Assembly (NCBI GenBank): GCA_964016885.1
Contig: OZ024757.1
Coordinates: forward strand, 14,508,001 to 14,572,000
Direction: 5' to 3'
DNA from: Eledone cirrhosa
Lineage: Eukaryota
Length of the DNA: 64,000 nucleotides
In this document: one piece after another, positions 51,168 to 64,000 of the stretch
Layout: every line of letters starts with the position of its first letter
How positions within the stretch are numbered: position 1 is the stretch's first letter
Made by a program: the position numbers and the translations under genes
Notes under the pieces: generated by a model
What the model saw: only the letters and a program-made list of their open reading frames with translations
Told to the model about the DNA's origin: nothing
Database searches by the model: none

Positions 51168-52081
51168 CAGGGCTGGATTAACCATTAAAGCAAAATAAAC
51201 ACGTGTTTAGGACAAGAAAAGAAGGGACACCATTTTATCCAACATTAACCCTTTAGTATTTAAACCAGCCATATCCGCTCAGAATTCTCTCACCTCTTTC
51301 TGTTCAAACCCTCTTTCTGTTACAATAAAGGCTTTATCTCACAAAATATCGAATCTATGAGATTTTGATATTGTTTATTTTGAGAACAATAGCTTAATAT
51401 AAGTATGAGTAGCAAGTTACAACTTGCTACTCATACTTATATTAAGCTATTGTTCTCAAAATAAACAATATCAAAATCTCATAGATTCGATATTTTGTGA
51501 GATAAACCCTTTATTGTAAAAATATTATAATATATACAATAGTATATATATATAAGCAGAAGGGATATTCAATTTGTTGGTAATTCAACAAATATAAATG
51601 TTTATAACTGATTTAGAGCACTCAATAGGTTTTCTGGAGTATATGGAGTATAATATGGAGTATAATATACAATGATATTAAATAAATGGAAACTATATTT
51701 ATAAAACCATATTTATTCTATTATATATATTTCAAGGGTACCAAAATGTTGGTACGCTTTCATCAATGGTTCAAGGTATCCCCTTCCAGGGATAACTTGA
51801 ACCATTAAGGTATATTATCCTTGGTTATTTTGTATTTTATCTGATGAGAGCGTACCAAAATTTTGGTACCCTTGAAATATATATAATAGAATAAATATGG
51901 TTTTATAAATATAGTTTCCATTTATTTAATATCATTGAATATATATATATAGTAATGTAAATGCTAAAGGACTAAATGTATGTCATTAAAAAAGAAATTG
52001 ACATATTTTATAAATAGGGGAGAGCGGGGCTCCATAATCTTTTAATTGCTCGGGGCCTCAAAAGGACTTAATCCGACCCTG
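51168..52081. mobile_element. Nested set: hAT-like MITE, containing a piggyBac-like MITE (51245-51975), containing a Penelope-like fold-back (51673-51937)
   Basis: CAGGGCTGGATTAA ... TTAATCCGACCCTG outer TIRs; TTAACCCTTTAG ... ATGCTAAAGG inner ends; CTGATGA at 51841. Confidence 0.6.
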
Positions 52082-52660
52082 TCCTCTCTATTACCCTCGG
52101 TAATGTCTGGGTTTTTAAAAGACAACATTGTAAAATGTAACTAAATGTGCATGTCGTCTTCATTTGTTTGGTTCTTCTTATTCTTCTTCTTATTTATTTT
52201 TTTCCGAATATTTTTATCGATTTGTTTCTTTTGTAAATCATAAACATTATGTAATTTCGATACACGCCATTTGCTTGTTGAATAAACATGATTATCACAA
52301 GACAAACACGAACAACAGTGTCTTAGTTTCCAATAATAACCATTCTTTATAAATGTCGCCATTTAGTGTCGTCTGTTATTCCGTTGTCGTTAATATAATG
52401 GTCGGGAACAGCAGTGGATTGAACACACGAACGAACGAATAAATTAATTGAATGAATAAATGGATAACGGATAAATAAAAAAGGGAAATTGAACGAAAAT
52501 TAATGAAAACAAACAACAGATAAGGGGTTAAAAAAAACCCAAGGTGAGAGAGAGAGAGTAACAGAGACAGAGACAGCAACCGACAGAGATCGACATTATG
52601 AAGGACCGAACCGAAACCAAAACTAAAAATAAACAGTTTCGCCCACTCCACCTACGTTAC

Positions 52661-52783
52661 CTTGGATTTCGCTGACCCTTGGGTGATGCTGTATGATCTT
52701 CCAAGGGAGACTGGCCACTTTGGCCTGTGATGGTGTTGGTAATCCACGGTCCAGCGGGGAAGACAAAGAGTACATACTTCCAT
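52661..52783 (-). CDS. Candidate upstream first exon of the myosin III gene (ATG 52775 in frame with the kinase; ATG 52783 out of frame)
   Basis: Unique, more GC/CpG-rich island between repeats; donor AAG|gtaacg at 52660; ATG 52775 gives 38 codons + 1 nt, the phase needed by exon 7476. No homology support. Confidence 0.4.
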
Positions 52784-52924
52784 GGCCACCGAATTTCTTG
52801 AGAGAAATGCTTTCAAAGAGAAGGCGACGGTGACGTTGTAGTTGTTACCTTTGGAACGTGGTGGATGTGTAGAGGGGGACCGGCTTGTGTGTGTCTGTGT
52901 GACTGGACGTGTCTGTGTGATTAG

Positions 52925-54333
52925 ATGTGTGTGTATGGTTATATGTGTATGTAAATATGTGTATGGTTCCCTGTATGTCTGTGTGTGTATGTATATATAT
53001 GTGTATGTAAATATATGTATGGTTCTGTATGTCTGTGTATATATGTGTATGTAAATATGTGTAGGGGTCTGTATGTGTATATATGTCTATGTAAATATGT
53101 GTAGGGGTCTGTATGTGTATATATGTGTATGGGTCTGTGTGTATGTGTATATATGTGTATGTAAATATATGTATGGGTCTGTATGTCTGTGTGTATGTGT
53201 ATATATGTGTATGGTTCTGTATGTCTGTGTATATGTGTATGTATATATGTGTATGGTTCTGTGTGTATGTGTATATATGTAAATATGTGTATGGTTCTGT
53301 GTGTATGTGTATATATGTGTAGGGGTCTGTATGAGTAGGTGTGTATGTTTATATATGTGTATGTAAATGTGGACCTGAACGTCTTTGTGTATGTTTATAT
53401 GTGTACGTCCGTGTGTATGATTATGTGTATGGGTCTGTGTGTATGTAAATATGTGTAGGGGTTTGTATGCCTGTGTGTATATTTATATATGTATGGGTCT
53501 GTATGCCTGTGTGTATGTTTATATATGTATGGGTCTGTATCTCTGTGTGTATGTTTATATATGTGTGCCTGTGTGTATGTTTATATATGTATGGGTCTGT
53601 GTGTATGTTTATATATGTATGGGTCTGTATGTCAGTGTGTATGTTTATATATGTGTGCCTGTGTGTATGTTTATATATGTATGGGTCTGTATGTCAGTGT
53701 GTATGTTTATATATGTGTGTGCCTGTGTGTACGTTTATATATGTGTGTGCCTGTGTGTATGTTTATATATGTATGGGTCTGTGTGTATGTTTATATATGT
53801 ATGGGTCTGTGTGTATGTTTATATATGTATGGATCTGTATGTCAGTGTGTATGTTTATATATGTATGGGTCTGTGTGGATGTTTATATATGTATGAGTCT
53901 GTGTGTCAGTGTGTATGTTTATATATGTGTGTGCCTGTGTGTATGTTTATATATGTGTGTGCCTGTGTGTATGTTTATATATGTATGGATCTGTATATCA
54001 GTGTGTATGTTTATATATGTATGGGTCTGTGTGTATGTTTATATATGTATGGGTCTGTGTGTATGTTTATATATGTATGGGTCTGTGTGTATGTTTATAT
54101 ATGTATGGGTCTGTATGTTTATATATGTATGGGTCTGTGTGTATGTTTATATATGTATGGTCTGTATGTTTATATATGTATGGGTCTGTATGCCTGTGTG
54201 TATGTTTATATATGTATGGGTCTGTATGTTTATATATATATGGGTCTGTATGTCTGTGTGTATACATATTGTACAACATACGTACATACATTTATGTGTA
54301 TGTTGTGTGGCGATGTTTTGTACGTGCATCTGT

Positions 54334-54379
<46 letters not shown>

Positions 54380-54605
54380 GCAGTAGTTCTGTGTAGGTGT
54401 ATATATTTGAGCAGGTGAATATTTATATATATATATATGTGTGTGTGTGTGTATTTTTAAGCATATGTGAGTGAGTGTAGGCGTGTGTGTGTGTGACACT
54501 GTGTGGGAGTTTGTGAATGTGTGTGAGGTTATGTATTTATGTATACACACACTCACAAATATAAACATAATCAGATATATAAACACACACGTATACATAT
54601 ATACA

Positions 54606-54649
<44 letters not shown>

Positions 54650-54826
54650 TTTATATATAAACACACATATACATATATATAAACACACACACATGTATAT
54701 ATATATATAAACACACACACATATAAACACACACACGCGTATATAAACACACACACACACATATATAAACACACACACACATATATATAAACATACGCAT
54801 ATATATATATATAAACACATACACAT

Positions 54827-54857
<31 letters not shown>

Positions 54858-54908
54858 ACTGTATATACATAAACAGATTTATATATAAACACACATACAT
54901 ATATATAA

Positions 54909-54945
<37 letters not shown>

Positions 54946-55195
54946 AACACACACACACACATATACATATATATATATATATATATATAAACACAGACAA
55001 AAGTACTGAGACACCAAGTTTGACAATCAACAAACGAGGCTAAAGTTGTTTATTAAACACTCACATGTAAATAATATATTTTATTTGCAGACAGGCTAAA
55101 TATGTTTACACACACACACACACACACATACATAAATACACACATACACACACACTCACACATATACATACACACATACTCACACACACATACAC
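52925..55195. repeat. TG/TA/CA-based micro- and minisatellites (e.g. GTATGTTTATATATGTATGGGTCTGT unit)
   Basis: Direct inspection. Confidence 0.9.
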
Positions 55196-55419
55196 GGGGT
55201 GGTGTGTTGGGTTGGGGTGTGGTGTCGTGGGGTGCGGTGGGGTGGTGTGGTGGGGTAGTGATGTGGTGGTGTGGTGTGGTGAGGTGTGGTGTGGTGGTGA
55301 GGTGTGGTGTGGTGGTGTGGTGTAGTGATGGTGTGGTGTGGTGTGGGGTGGATGGAAGGAAATCTGGTTAATTGGACGATTGAAAAATGGTTTACAAGAT
55401 GAAAAGAGACAGTGCTGAC

Positions 55420-56075
55420 GATGGTGATGATGTTAATGGTGGTGGTGTTAATGGTGGTGATGATGGTGGTGGTGGTGGTGTTAGTGGAGGTGATGAAGGT
55501 AATGATGGTAATGGTGGTAATGGGGGTAGTGGTGGTGGTGTTGTTGTTGGTGTTAATGGTGGTAGTGGTGGTGTTGTTGTTGTTGGTAGTGGTGTGAGTG
55601 GTGGTGATGATGATGGTGGTGGTGTTGGTGTTAGTGGTGGTGGTGTTTCTTAGTGGTGGTGCTGAAGGTGATGGTGATGATGTTAGTGGAGATAGTGGTA
55701 ATGATGGTGGTGGTGGTGTTGTTGTTGTTGTTAATGATGGTGGTGGTGTTGTTGTTGTTGTTGTTGGTGGTGGTGGTGATGATCATGGTGATAGTGGTAA
55801 TGATGGTGGTGGTGGTGTTGTTGTTGTTGTTGTTGGTGGTGGTGGTGATGATCATGGTGATAGTGGTAATGATGGTGGTGGTGGTGTTGTTGTTGGCGGT
55901 GGTGATGATCATGGTGATAGTGGTAATGATGGTGGTGGTGGTGTTGTTGTTGTTGGTGGTGGTGGTGATGATCATGGTGATAGTGGTAATGATGGTGGTG
56001 GTGGTGTTGTTGTTGTTGGTGGTGGTGGCGGTGGTGATGATCATGGTGATAGTGGTAATGATGGTGGTGGTGGTG

Positions 56076-56107
<32 letters not shown>

Positions 56108-56283
56108 GGTGATGATCATGGTGATAGTGGTAATGATGGTGGTGGTGGTGGTGTTGTTGTTGTTGGTGGTGGTGGTGGTGATGATCATGGTGATAGTGGT
56201 AATGATGGTGGTGGTGGTGGTGTTGTTGTTGTTGTTGGTGGCGGTGGTGATGATCATGGTGATAGTGGTAATGATGGCGGTGG
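55420..56283. repeat. (GGT/GTT)n minisatellite with GATCATGGTGATAGTGGTAATGAT spacer
   Basis: About 9 units of roughly 60 bp. Confidence 0.9.
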
Positions 56284-57024
56284 GGTTTTTGGGGAATATT
56301 TTATGGCGAGGGGGAATCTTTATCAAATATACGCAGAAAGAAGACAAATCTTCCACCCTATCTCTGCTCGGACTTGTCATACACACACAGACACACACAC
56401 CCTACGTCATACACAGACAGACACACACACACACACACACATATGTACACAAAGGCTCTCACACAAGCACATACACACACACACAGGTACCACAAACACA
56501 CACTCTCATAGAAGCCACAACCCAATCCCCTACCAAACTTGTCACACACTAACACACAGCGATACGCAGGCACTCACAGAGTCACATATACACACACACC
56601 CACACACACACACACACACAGACATACGCTGAGTCACACACACAGTCTCACACACACAGTTACACATACACAGTCACACACTCACACACAGAGACATATA
56701 CTGAGTCACACACACACACACTCAGACATACACTGAGTCACACACACACTCAGACATACACACAGTCACACATACACACACACACTCAAAGACATACACT
56801 GAGTCACACACACAGTCACACATACACACACTCACACACACAAACACACACAGACATACACCAAGTCACACACACACACACAAACAACCACTATTACAAC
56901 AAAAAGTATTATTCAATTAGCATCTTACATGACACAGATACACACACAATAGCATAAATATGTGTGTATACAACCATATACGCTCACATGTATACACTTA
57001 TGTCTGTGTGTATATATGTATATA

Positions 57025-57044
57025 TATATTCACATTGTTAAATA

Positions 57045-57118
<74 letters not shown>

Positions 57119-57141
57119 TCACATTGTTAAATAATATATAT

Positions 57142-57173
<32 letters not shown>

Positions 57174-57176
57174 CAT

Positions 57177-57207
<31 letters not shown>

Positions 57208-57230
57208 TCACATTGTTAAATAATATATAT

Positions 57231-57262
<32 letters not shown>

Positions 57263-57319
57263 CATATATATATATAATATATATATATATATATTCACAT
57301 TGTTAAATAATATATATAA

Positions 57320-57351
<32 letters not shown>

Positions 57352-57354
57352 CAT

Positions 57355-57385
<31 letters not shown>

Positions 57386-57452
57386 TCACATTGTTAAATA
57401 ATATATATAATATATATATATATATACATTCACATTGTTAAATAATATATAT

Positions 57453-57535
<83 letters not shown>

Positions 57536-57545
57536 TTATATATAT
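57025..57545. repeat. (TA)n array with repeated TTCACATTGTTAAATAAT spacer
   Basis: Six spacer copies, mostly about 88 bp apart. Confidence 0.9.
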
Positions 57546-57660
57546 ACATACATGTATTTACACACACATATATGCATTGATATATATAGAGAGAGATATA
57601 GATATAATACACAAGATATTGTGCATGTGTGTATGTGAATGTGTGTATATATATATACAT

Positions 57661-57696
<36 letters not shown>

Positions 57697-58239
57697 CATC
57701 GTTTAACATCCATTAAATTAGGATAGTATATATATATATATATATATACATACATACACACAATATTTTGTAGGAAACATTAAGAAAACAGGAAATATTT
57801 TGGCAGAAAGTCAGATTGATAAATTTACATTATTTATAATGGTAGCAGTGGTGGAGATGAAAATATTGTTGGTGGTGGTGATGGTGGTGATGGTGATGAT
57901 ATTGGTGGTGGTGGTGGTGTAAGGTGGTGATGGTGATGGTGATATTGGTGGTGGTGGTGAGGTTGTAGGGTGGTGATGGTGATATTGGTTGTGGTGGTGA
58001 TGGTGGTGGAGATGGTGATGATGATGGAGGATATGGTGGTGGTAGTGGTTGAGATGGTGATATTGGCGGCAGTGTAGGGTGGTTGTTGTAGCGACGATGG
58101 TGGTGGTGGTAGTAGTAGTAGTGGTGGTAGTGATAATGGTGGTGGTAGCAGTAGTGGGGCGGGTGCTAGTTGTAATGCTGGTGGAGGTGACCATTACTCC
58201 ACCTTAATCACTACAACACCCACACCAATCTACCATCAC

Positions 58240-61200
58240 CAACCATCACCAACCTACCATCACACTGCTACATCAACCATCACACTGCTACCCCTGCCAT
58301 CACCAACCTACCATCACACTGCTACCCCAGCCATCACCAACCTACCATCACACTGCTACCCCAGCCATCACCAACCTACCATCACACTGCTACCTCAGCC
58401 ATCACCAACCTACCATCACATTGCTACCTCAGCCATTACCAACCTACCATCACATTGCTACCCCAGCCATCACCAACCTACCATCACACTGCTACCCCAG
58501 CCATCACCAACCTACCATCACACTGCTACCCCAGCCATCACCAACCTACCATCACACTGCTACCCCAGCCATCACCAACCTACCATCACACTGCTACCCC
58601 AGCCATCACCAACCTACCATCACACTGCTACCCCAGCCATCACCAACCTACCATCACACTGCTACCCCAGCCATCACCAACCTACCATCACACTGCTACC
58701 CCAACCATCACCAACCTACCATCACACTGCTACCCCAGCCATCACCAACCTACCATCACACTGCTACCCCAGCCATCACCAACCTACCATCACACTGCTA
58801 CCCCAGCCATCACCAATCTACCTACCATCACACTGCTACCTCAGCCATCACCAACCTACCTACCATCACACTGCTACCTCAGCCATCACCAACCTACCTA
58901 CCATCACACTGCTACCCCAACCATCACCAACCTACCATCACACTGCTACCCCAGCCATCACCAACCTACCATCACACTGCTACCCCAGCCATCACCAACC
59001 TACCATCACACTGCTACCCCAGCCATCACCAACCTACCATCACACTGCTACCCCTGCCATCACCAACCTACCACCACACTGCTACCCCAGCCATCACCAA
59101 CCTACCATCACACTGCTACCTCAGCCATCATCAACCTACCATCACACTGCTACCCCAGCCATCACCAACCTACCATCACACTGCTACCCCAACCATCACC
59201 AACCTACCATCACACTGCTACCCCAGCCATCACCAACCTACCATCACACTGCTACCTCAGCCATCACCAACCTACCTACCATCACACTGCTACCTCAACC
59301 AACACCAACCTACCATCACACTGCTACCTCTGCCATCACCAACCTACCATCACACTGCTACCCCAGCCATCACCAACCTACCATCACACTGCTACCCCAG
59401 CCATCACCAACCTACCATCACACTGCTACCCCAGCCATCACCAACCTACCATCACACTGCTACCCCAACCATCACCAACCTCCCATCACACTGCTACCCC
59501 AACCATCACCAACCTACCATCACACTGCTACCCCAGCCATCACCAACCTACCATCACACTGCTACCCCAGCCATCACCAACCTACCATCACACTGCTACC
59601 CCAACCATCACCAACCTACCATCACACTGCTACCCCAACCATCACCAACCTACCATCACACTGCTACCTCAGCCATCACCAACCTACCATCACACTGCTA
59701 CCCCAGCCATCACCAACCTACCATCACACTGCTACCCCAACCATCACCAACCTACCATCACACTGTTACCCCAGCCATCACCAACCTACCATCACACTGC
59801 TACCTCAGCCATCACCAACCTACCTACCATCACACTGCTACCTCAACCATCACCAACCTACCATCACACTGCTACCTCTGCCATCACCAACCTACCATCA
59901 CACTGCTACCCCAGCCATCACCAACCTACCATCACACTGCTACCCCAGCCATCACCAACCTACCATCACACTGCTACCCCAGCCATCACCAACCTACCAT
60001 CACACTGCTACCTCTGCCATCACCAACCTACCATCACACTGCTACCCCAGCCATCACCAACCTACCATCACACTGCTACCCCAGCCATCACCAACCTACC
60101 ATCACACTGCTACCCCAGCCATCACCAACCTACCATCACACTGCTACCTCAGCCATCACCAACCTACCATCACACTGCTACCCCAGCCATCACCAACCTA
60201 CCATCACACTGCTACCCCAGCCATCACCAACCTACCATCACACTGCTACCTCTGCCATCACCAACCTACCATCACACTGCTACCTCTGCCATCACCAACC
60301 TACCATCACACTGCTACCTCAACCATCACCAACCTACCATCACACTGCTACCTCTGCCATCACCAACCTACCATCACACTGCTACCTCAACCATCACCAA
60401 CCTACCATCACACTGCTACCCCAGCCATCACCAACCTACCATCACATTGCTACCCGAGCCATCACCAACCTACCATCACACTGCTACCCCAACCATCACC
60501 AACCTACCATCACACTGCTACCCCAGCCATCACCAACCTACCATAACACTGCTACCCCTGCCATCACCAACCTACCATCACACTGCTACCCCAGCCATCA
60601 CCAACCTACCATCACACTGCTACCCCAACCATCACCAACCTACCATCACACTGCTACCCCAACCATCACCAACCTACCATCACACTGCTACCCCAACCAT
60701 CACCAACCTACCATCACACTGCTACCCCAGCCATCACCAATCTACCATCACATTGCTACCCCAGCCATCACCAACCTACCATCACACTGCTACCCCAACC
60801 ATCACCAATCTACCATCACACTGCTACACCAACCATCACCAATCTACCATCACACTGCTACCCCAGCCATCACCAACCTACCATCACACTGCTACCTCAA
60901 CCATCACCAACCTACCATCACACTGCTACCTCAACCATCACCAACCTACCATCACACTGCTACCCCAACCATCACCAACCTACCATCACACTGCTACCCC
61001 AACCATCACCAACCTACCACCACACTGCTACCCCAGCCATCACCAACCTACCATCACACTGCTACCTCAGCCATCACCAACCTACCATCACACTGCTACC
61101 TCAGCCATCACCAACCTACCATCACACTGCTACCCCAACCATCACCAACCTACCATCACACTGCTACCCCAACCTACCACCACACTGCTACCCCAGCCAT

Positions 61201-64000
61201 CACCAACCTACCATCACACTGCTACCTCAACCATCACCAACCTACCATCACACTGCTACCCCAGCCATCACCAACCTACCATCACATTGCTACCCCAACC
61301 ATCACCAACCTACCATCACATTGCTACCCCAGCCATCACCAACCTACCATCACACTACTACCTCTGCCATCACCAACCTACCATCACACTGCTACCCCAG
61401 CCATCACCAACCTACCATCACACTGCTACCCCAGCCATCACCAACCTACCATCACATTGCTACCCCAACCATCACCAACCTACCATCACACTGCTACCCC
61501 AGCCATCACCAACCTACCATCACATTGCTACCTCAGCCATCACCAACCTACCATCACACTGCTACCCCAACCATCACCAACCTACCATCACACTGCTACC
61601 CCAGCCATCACCAACCTACCATCACATTGCTACCTCAGCCATCACCAACCTACCATCACACTGCTACCCCAGCCATCACCAACCTACCATCACACTACTA
61701 CCTCTGCCATCACCAACCTACCATCACACTGCTACCCCAGCCATCACCAACCTACCATCACACTGCTACCCCAGCCATCACCAACCTACCATCACACAGC
61801 TACCCCTGCCATCACACTGCTACCCCAGCCATCACCAACCTACCATCACACTGCTACCCCAGCCATCACCAACCTACCATCACACTGCTACCCCAGCCAT
61901 CACCAACCTACCATAACACTGCTACCCCAGCCATCACCAACCTACCATCACACTACTACCTCTGCCATCACCAACCTACCATCACACTGCTACCCCAGCC
62001 ATCACCAACCTACCATCACACTACTACCTCTGCCATCACCAACCTACCATCACACTGCTACCCCTGCCATCACCAACCTACCATCACACTGCTACCTCAA
62101 CCATCACCAACCTACCATCACACTGCTACCCCTGCCATCACCAACCTACCATCACACTGCTACCCCAGCCATCACCAACCTACCATCACACTGCTACCCC
62201 TGCCATCACCAACCTACTATCACACTGCTACCCCTGCCATCACCAACCTACCATCACACTGCTACCCCAGCCATCACCAACCTACCATCACACTGCTACC
62301 CCTGCCATCACCAACCTACCATCACACTGCTACCCCAGCCATCACCAACCTACCATCACACTGCTACCTCAACCATCACCAACCTACCATCACACTGCTA
62401 CCCCAGCCATCACCAACCTACCATCACACTGCTACCCCAGCCATCACCAACCTACCATCACACAGCTACCCCAGCCATCACCAACCTACTATCACACTGC
62501 TACCCCTGCCATCACCAACCTACCATCACACTGCTACCCCAGCCATCACCAACCTACCATCACACTGCTACCCCAGTCATCACCAACCTACCATCACACA
62601 GCTACCCCAGCCATCACCAACCTACCATCACACTGCTACCCCAGCCATCACCAACCTACCATCACACTACTACCTCTGCCATCACCAACCTACCATCACA
62701 CTGCTACCCCTGCCATCACCAACCTACCATCACACTGCTACCCCAGCCATCACCAACCTACCATCACACTGCTACCCCAGCGATCACCAACCTACCATCA
62801 CACTGCTACCCCAACCATCACCAACCTACCATCACACTGCTACCCCAGCCATCACCAACCTACCATCACACTGCTACCCCAGCCATCACCAACCAACCTA
62901 CCATCACACTGCTACCCCAGCCATCACCAATCTACCATCACACTGCTACCCCAACCATCATCAACCTACCATCACACTGCTACCCCAGCCATCACCAACC
63001 TACCATCACACTGCTACCCCAGCCATCACCAACCTACCATCACACTGCTACCTCAACCATCACCAACCTACCATCACACTGCTACCCCAGCCATCACCAA
63101 CCAACCTACCATCACACTGCTACCCCAGCCATCACCAACCTACCATCACACTGCTACCCCAGCCATCACCAACCTACCACCACACTGCTACCTCAGCCAT
63201 CACCAATCTACCATCACACTGCTACCCCAGCATCACCAACCAACCTACCATCACACTGCTACCCCAGCCATCACCAACCTACCATCACACTGCTACCCCA
63301 GCCATCACCAACCTACCATCACACTGCTACCCCAGCCATCACCAACCAACCTACCATCACACTGCTACCCCAGCCATCACCAACCTACCATCACACTGCT
63401 ACCCCAGCCATCACCAATCTACCATCACACTGCTACCCCAACCATCATCAACCTACCATCACACTGCTACCCCAGCCATCACCAACCTACCATCACACTG
63501 CTACCCCAGCCATCACCAACCTACCATCACACTGCTACCTCAACCATCACCAACCTACCATCACACTGCTACCCCAGCCATCACCAACCAACCTACCATC
63601 ACACTGCTACCCCAGCCATCACCAACCTACCATCACACTGCTACCCCAGCCATCACCAACCTACCATCACACTGCTACCCCAACCATCACCAACCTACCA
63701 TCACACTGCTACCCCAGCCATCACCAACCTACCATCACACTGCTACCCCAGCCATCACCAACCAACCTACCATCACACTGCTACCCCAGCCATCACCAAT
63801 CTACCATCACACTGCTACCCCAACCATCATCAACCTACCATCACACTGCTACCCCAACCATCATCAACCTACCATCACACTGCTACCTCAACCATCACCA
63901 ACCTACCATCACACTGCTACCCCAGCCATCACCAACCAACCTACCATCACACTGCTACCCCAGCCATCACCAACCTACCATCACACTGCTACCCCTGCCA
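58240..64000. repeat. 34-bp minisatellite, about 170 units, runs off the window
   Basis: Unit CCATCACACTGCTACCCCAGCCATCACCAACCTA. Confidence 0.97.

Noticed and set aside
58455-61916. 1153-aa ORF resembling a mucin or extensin
   Set aside because: Its 34-aa period is three passes through a 34-bp unit; it begins at a non-ATG codon inside the array and has no unique sequence.

Overview
Repeat-dense animal genomic DNA, most likely an octopod cephalopod (inferred from the SINE/LINE repertoire and microsatellite load, not proven). The only well-supported host gene is on the minus strand: three phase-compatible exons (7270-7476, 6385-6557, 4235-4339) encode the N-terminal STE20-type kinase domain of a class III myosin (MYO3/NinaC-like), which continues beyond the left edge. 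A candidate first exon lies about 45 kb upstream (52661-52783). The rest is intronic or intergenic: RTE, Tx1-like, CR1/L2-like and RLE-type LINE fragments, at least three tRNA-derived SINE families, piggyBac-like, Tc1-like and hAT-like MITEs, a clean non-autonomous Helitron, hammerhead-bearing palindromic Penelope-like fragments, and many micro/minisatellites, including a >5.7 kb 34-bp array at the right end. Nearly all long ORFs in the track are repeat artefacts. Most interesting: several families of fold-back elements with hammerhead-ribozyme cores, a Tx1-like LINE inserted twice at TATCTAT, a doubly inverted RTE insertion, a perfect RFX X-box, an unexplained structured element with terminal direct repeats, and a possible split uORF/N-terminal extension of the myosin III gene.
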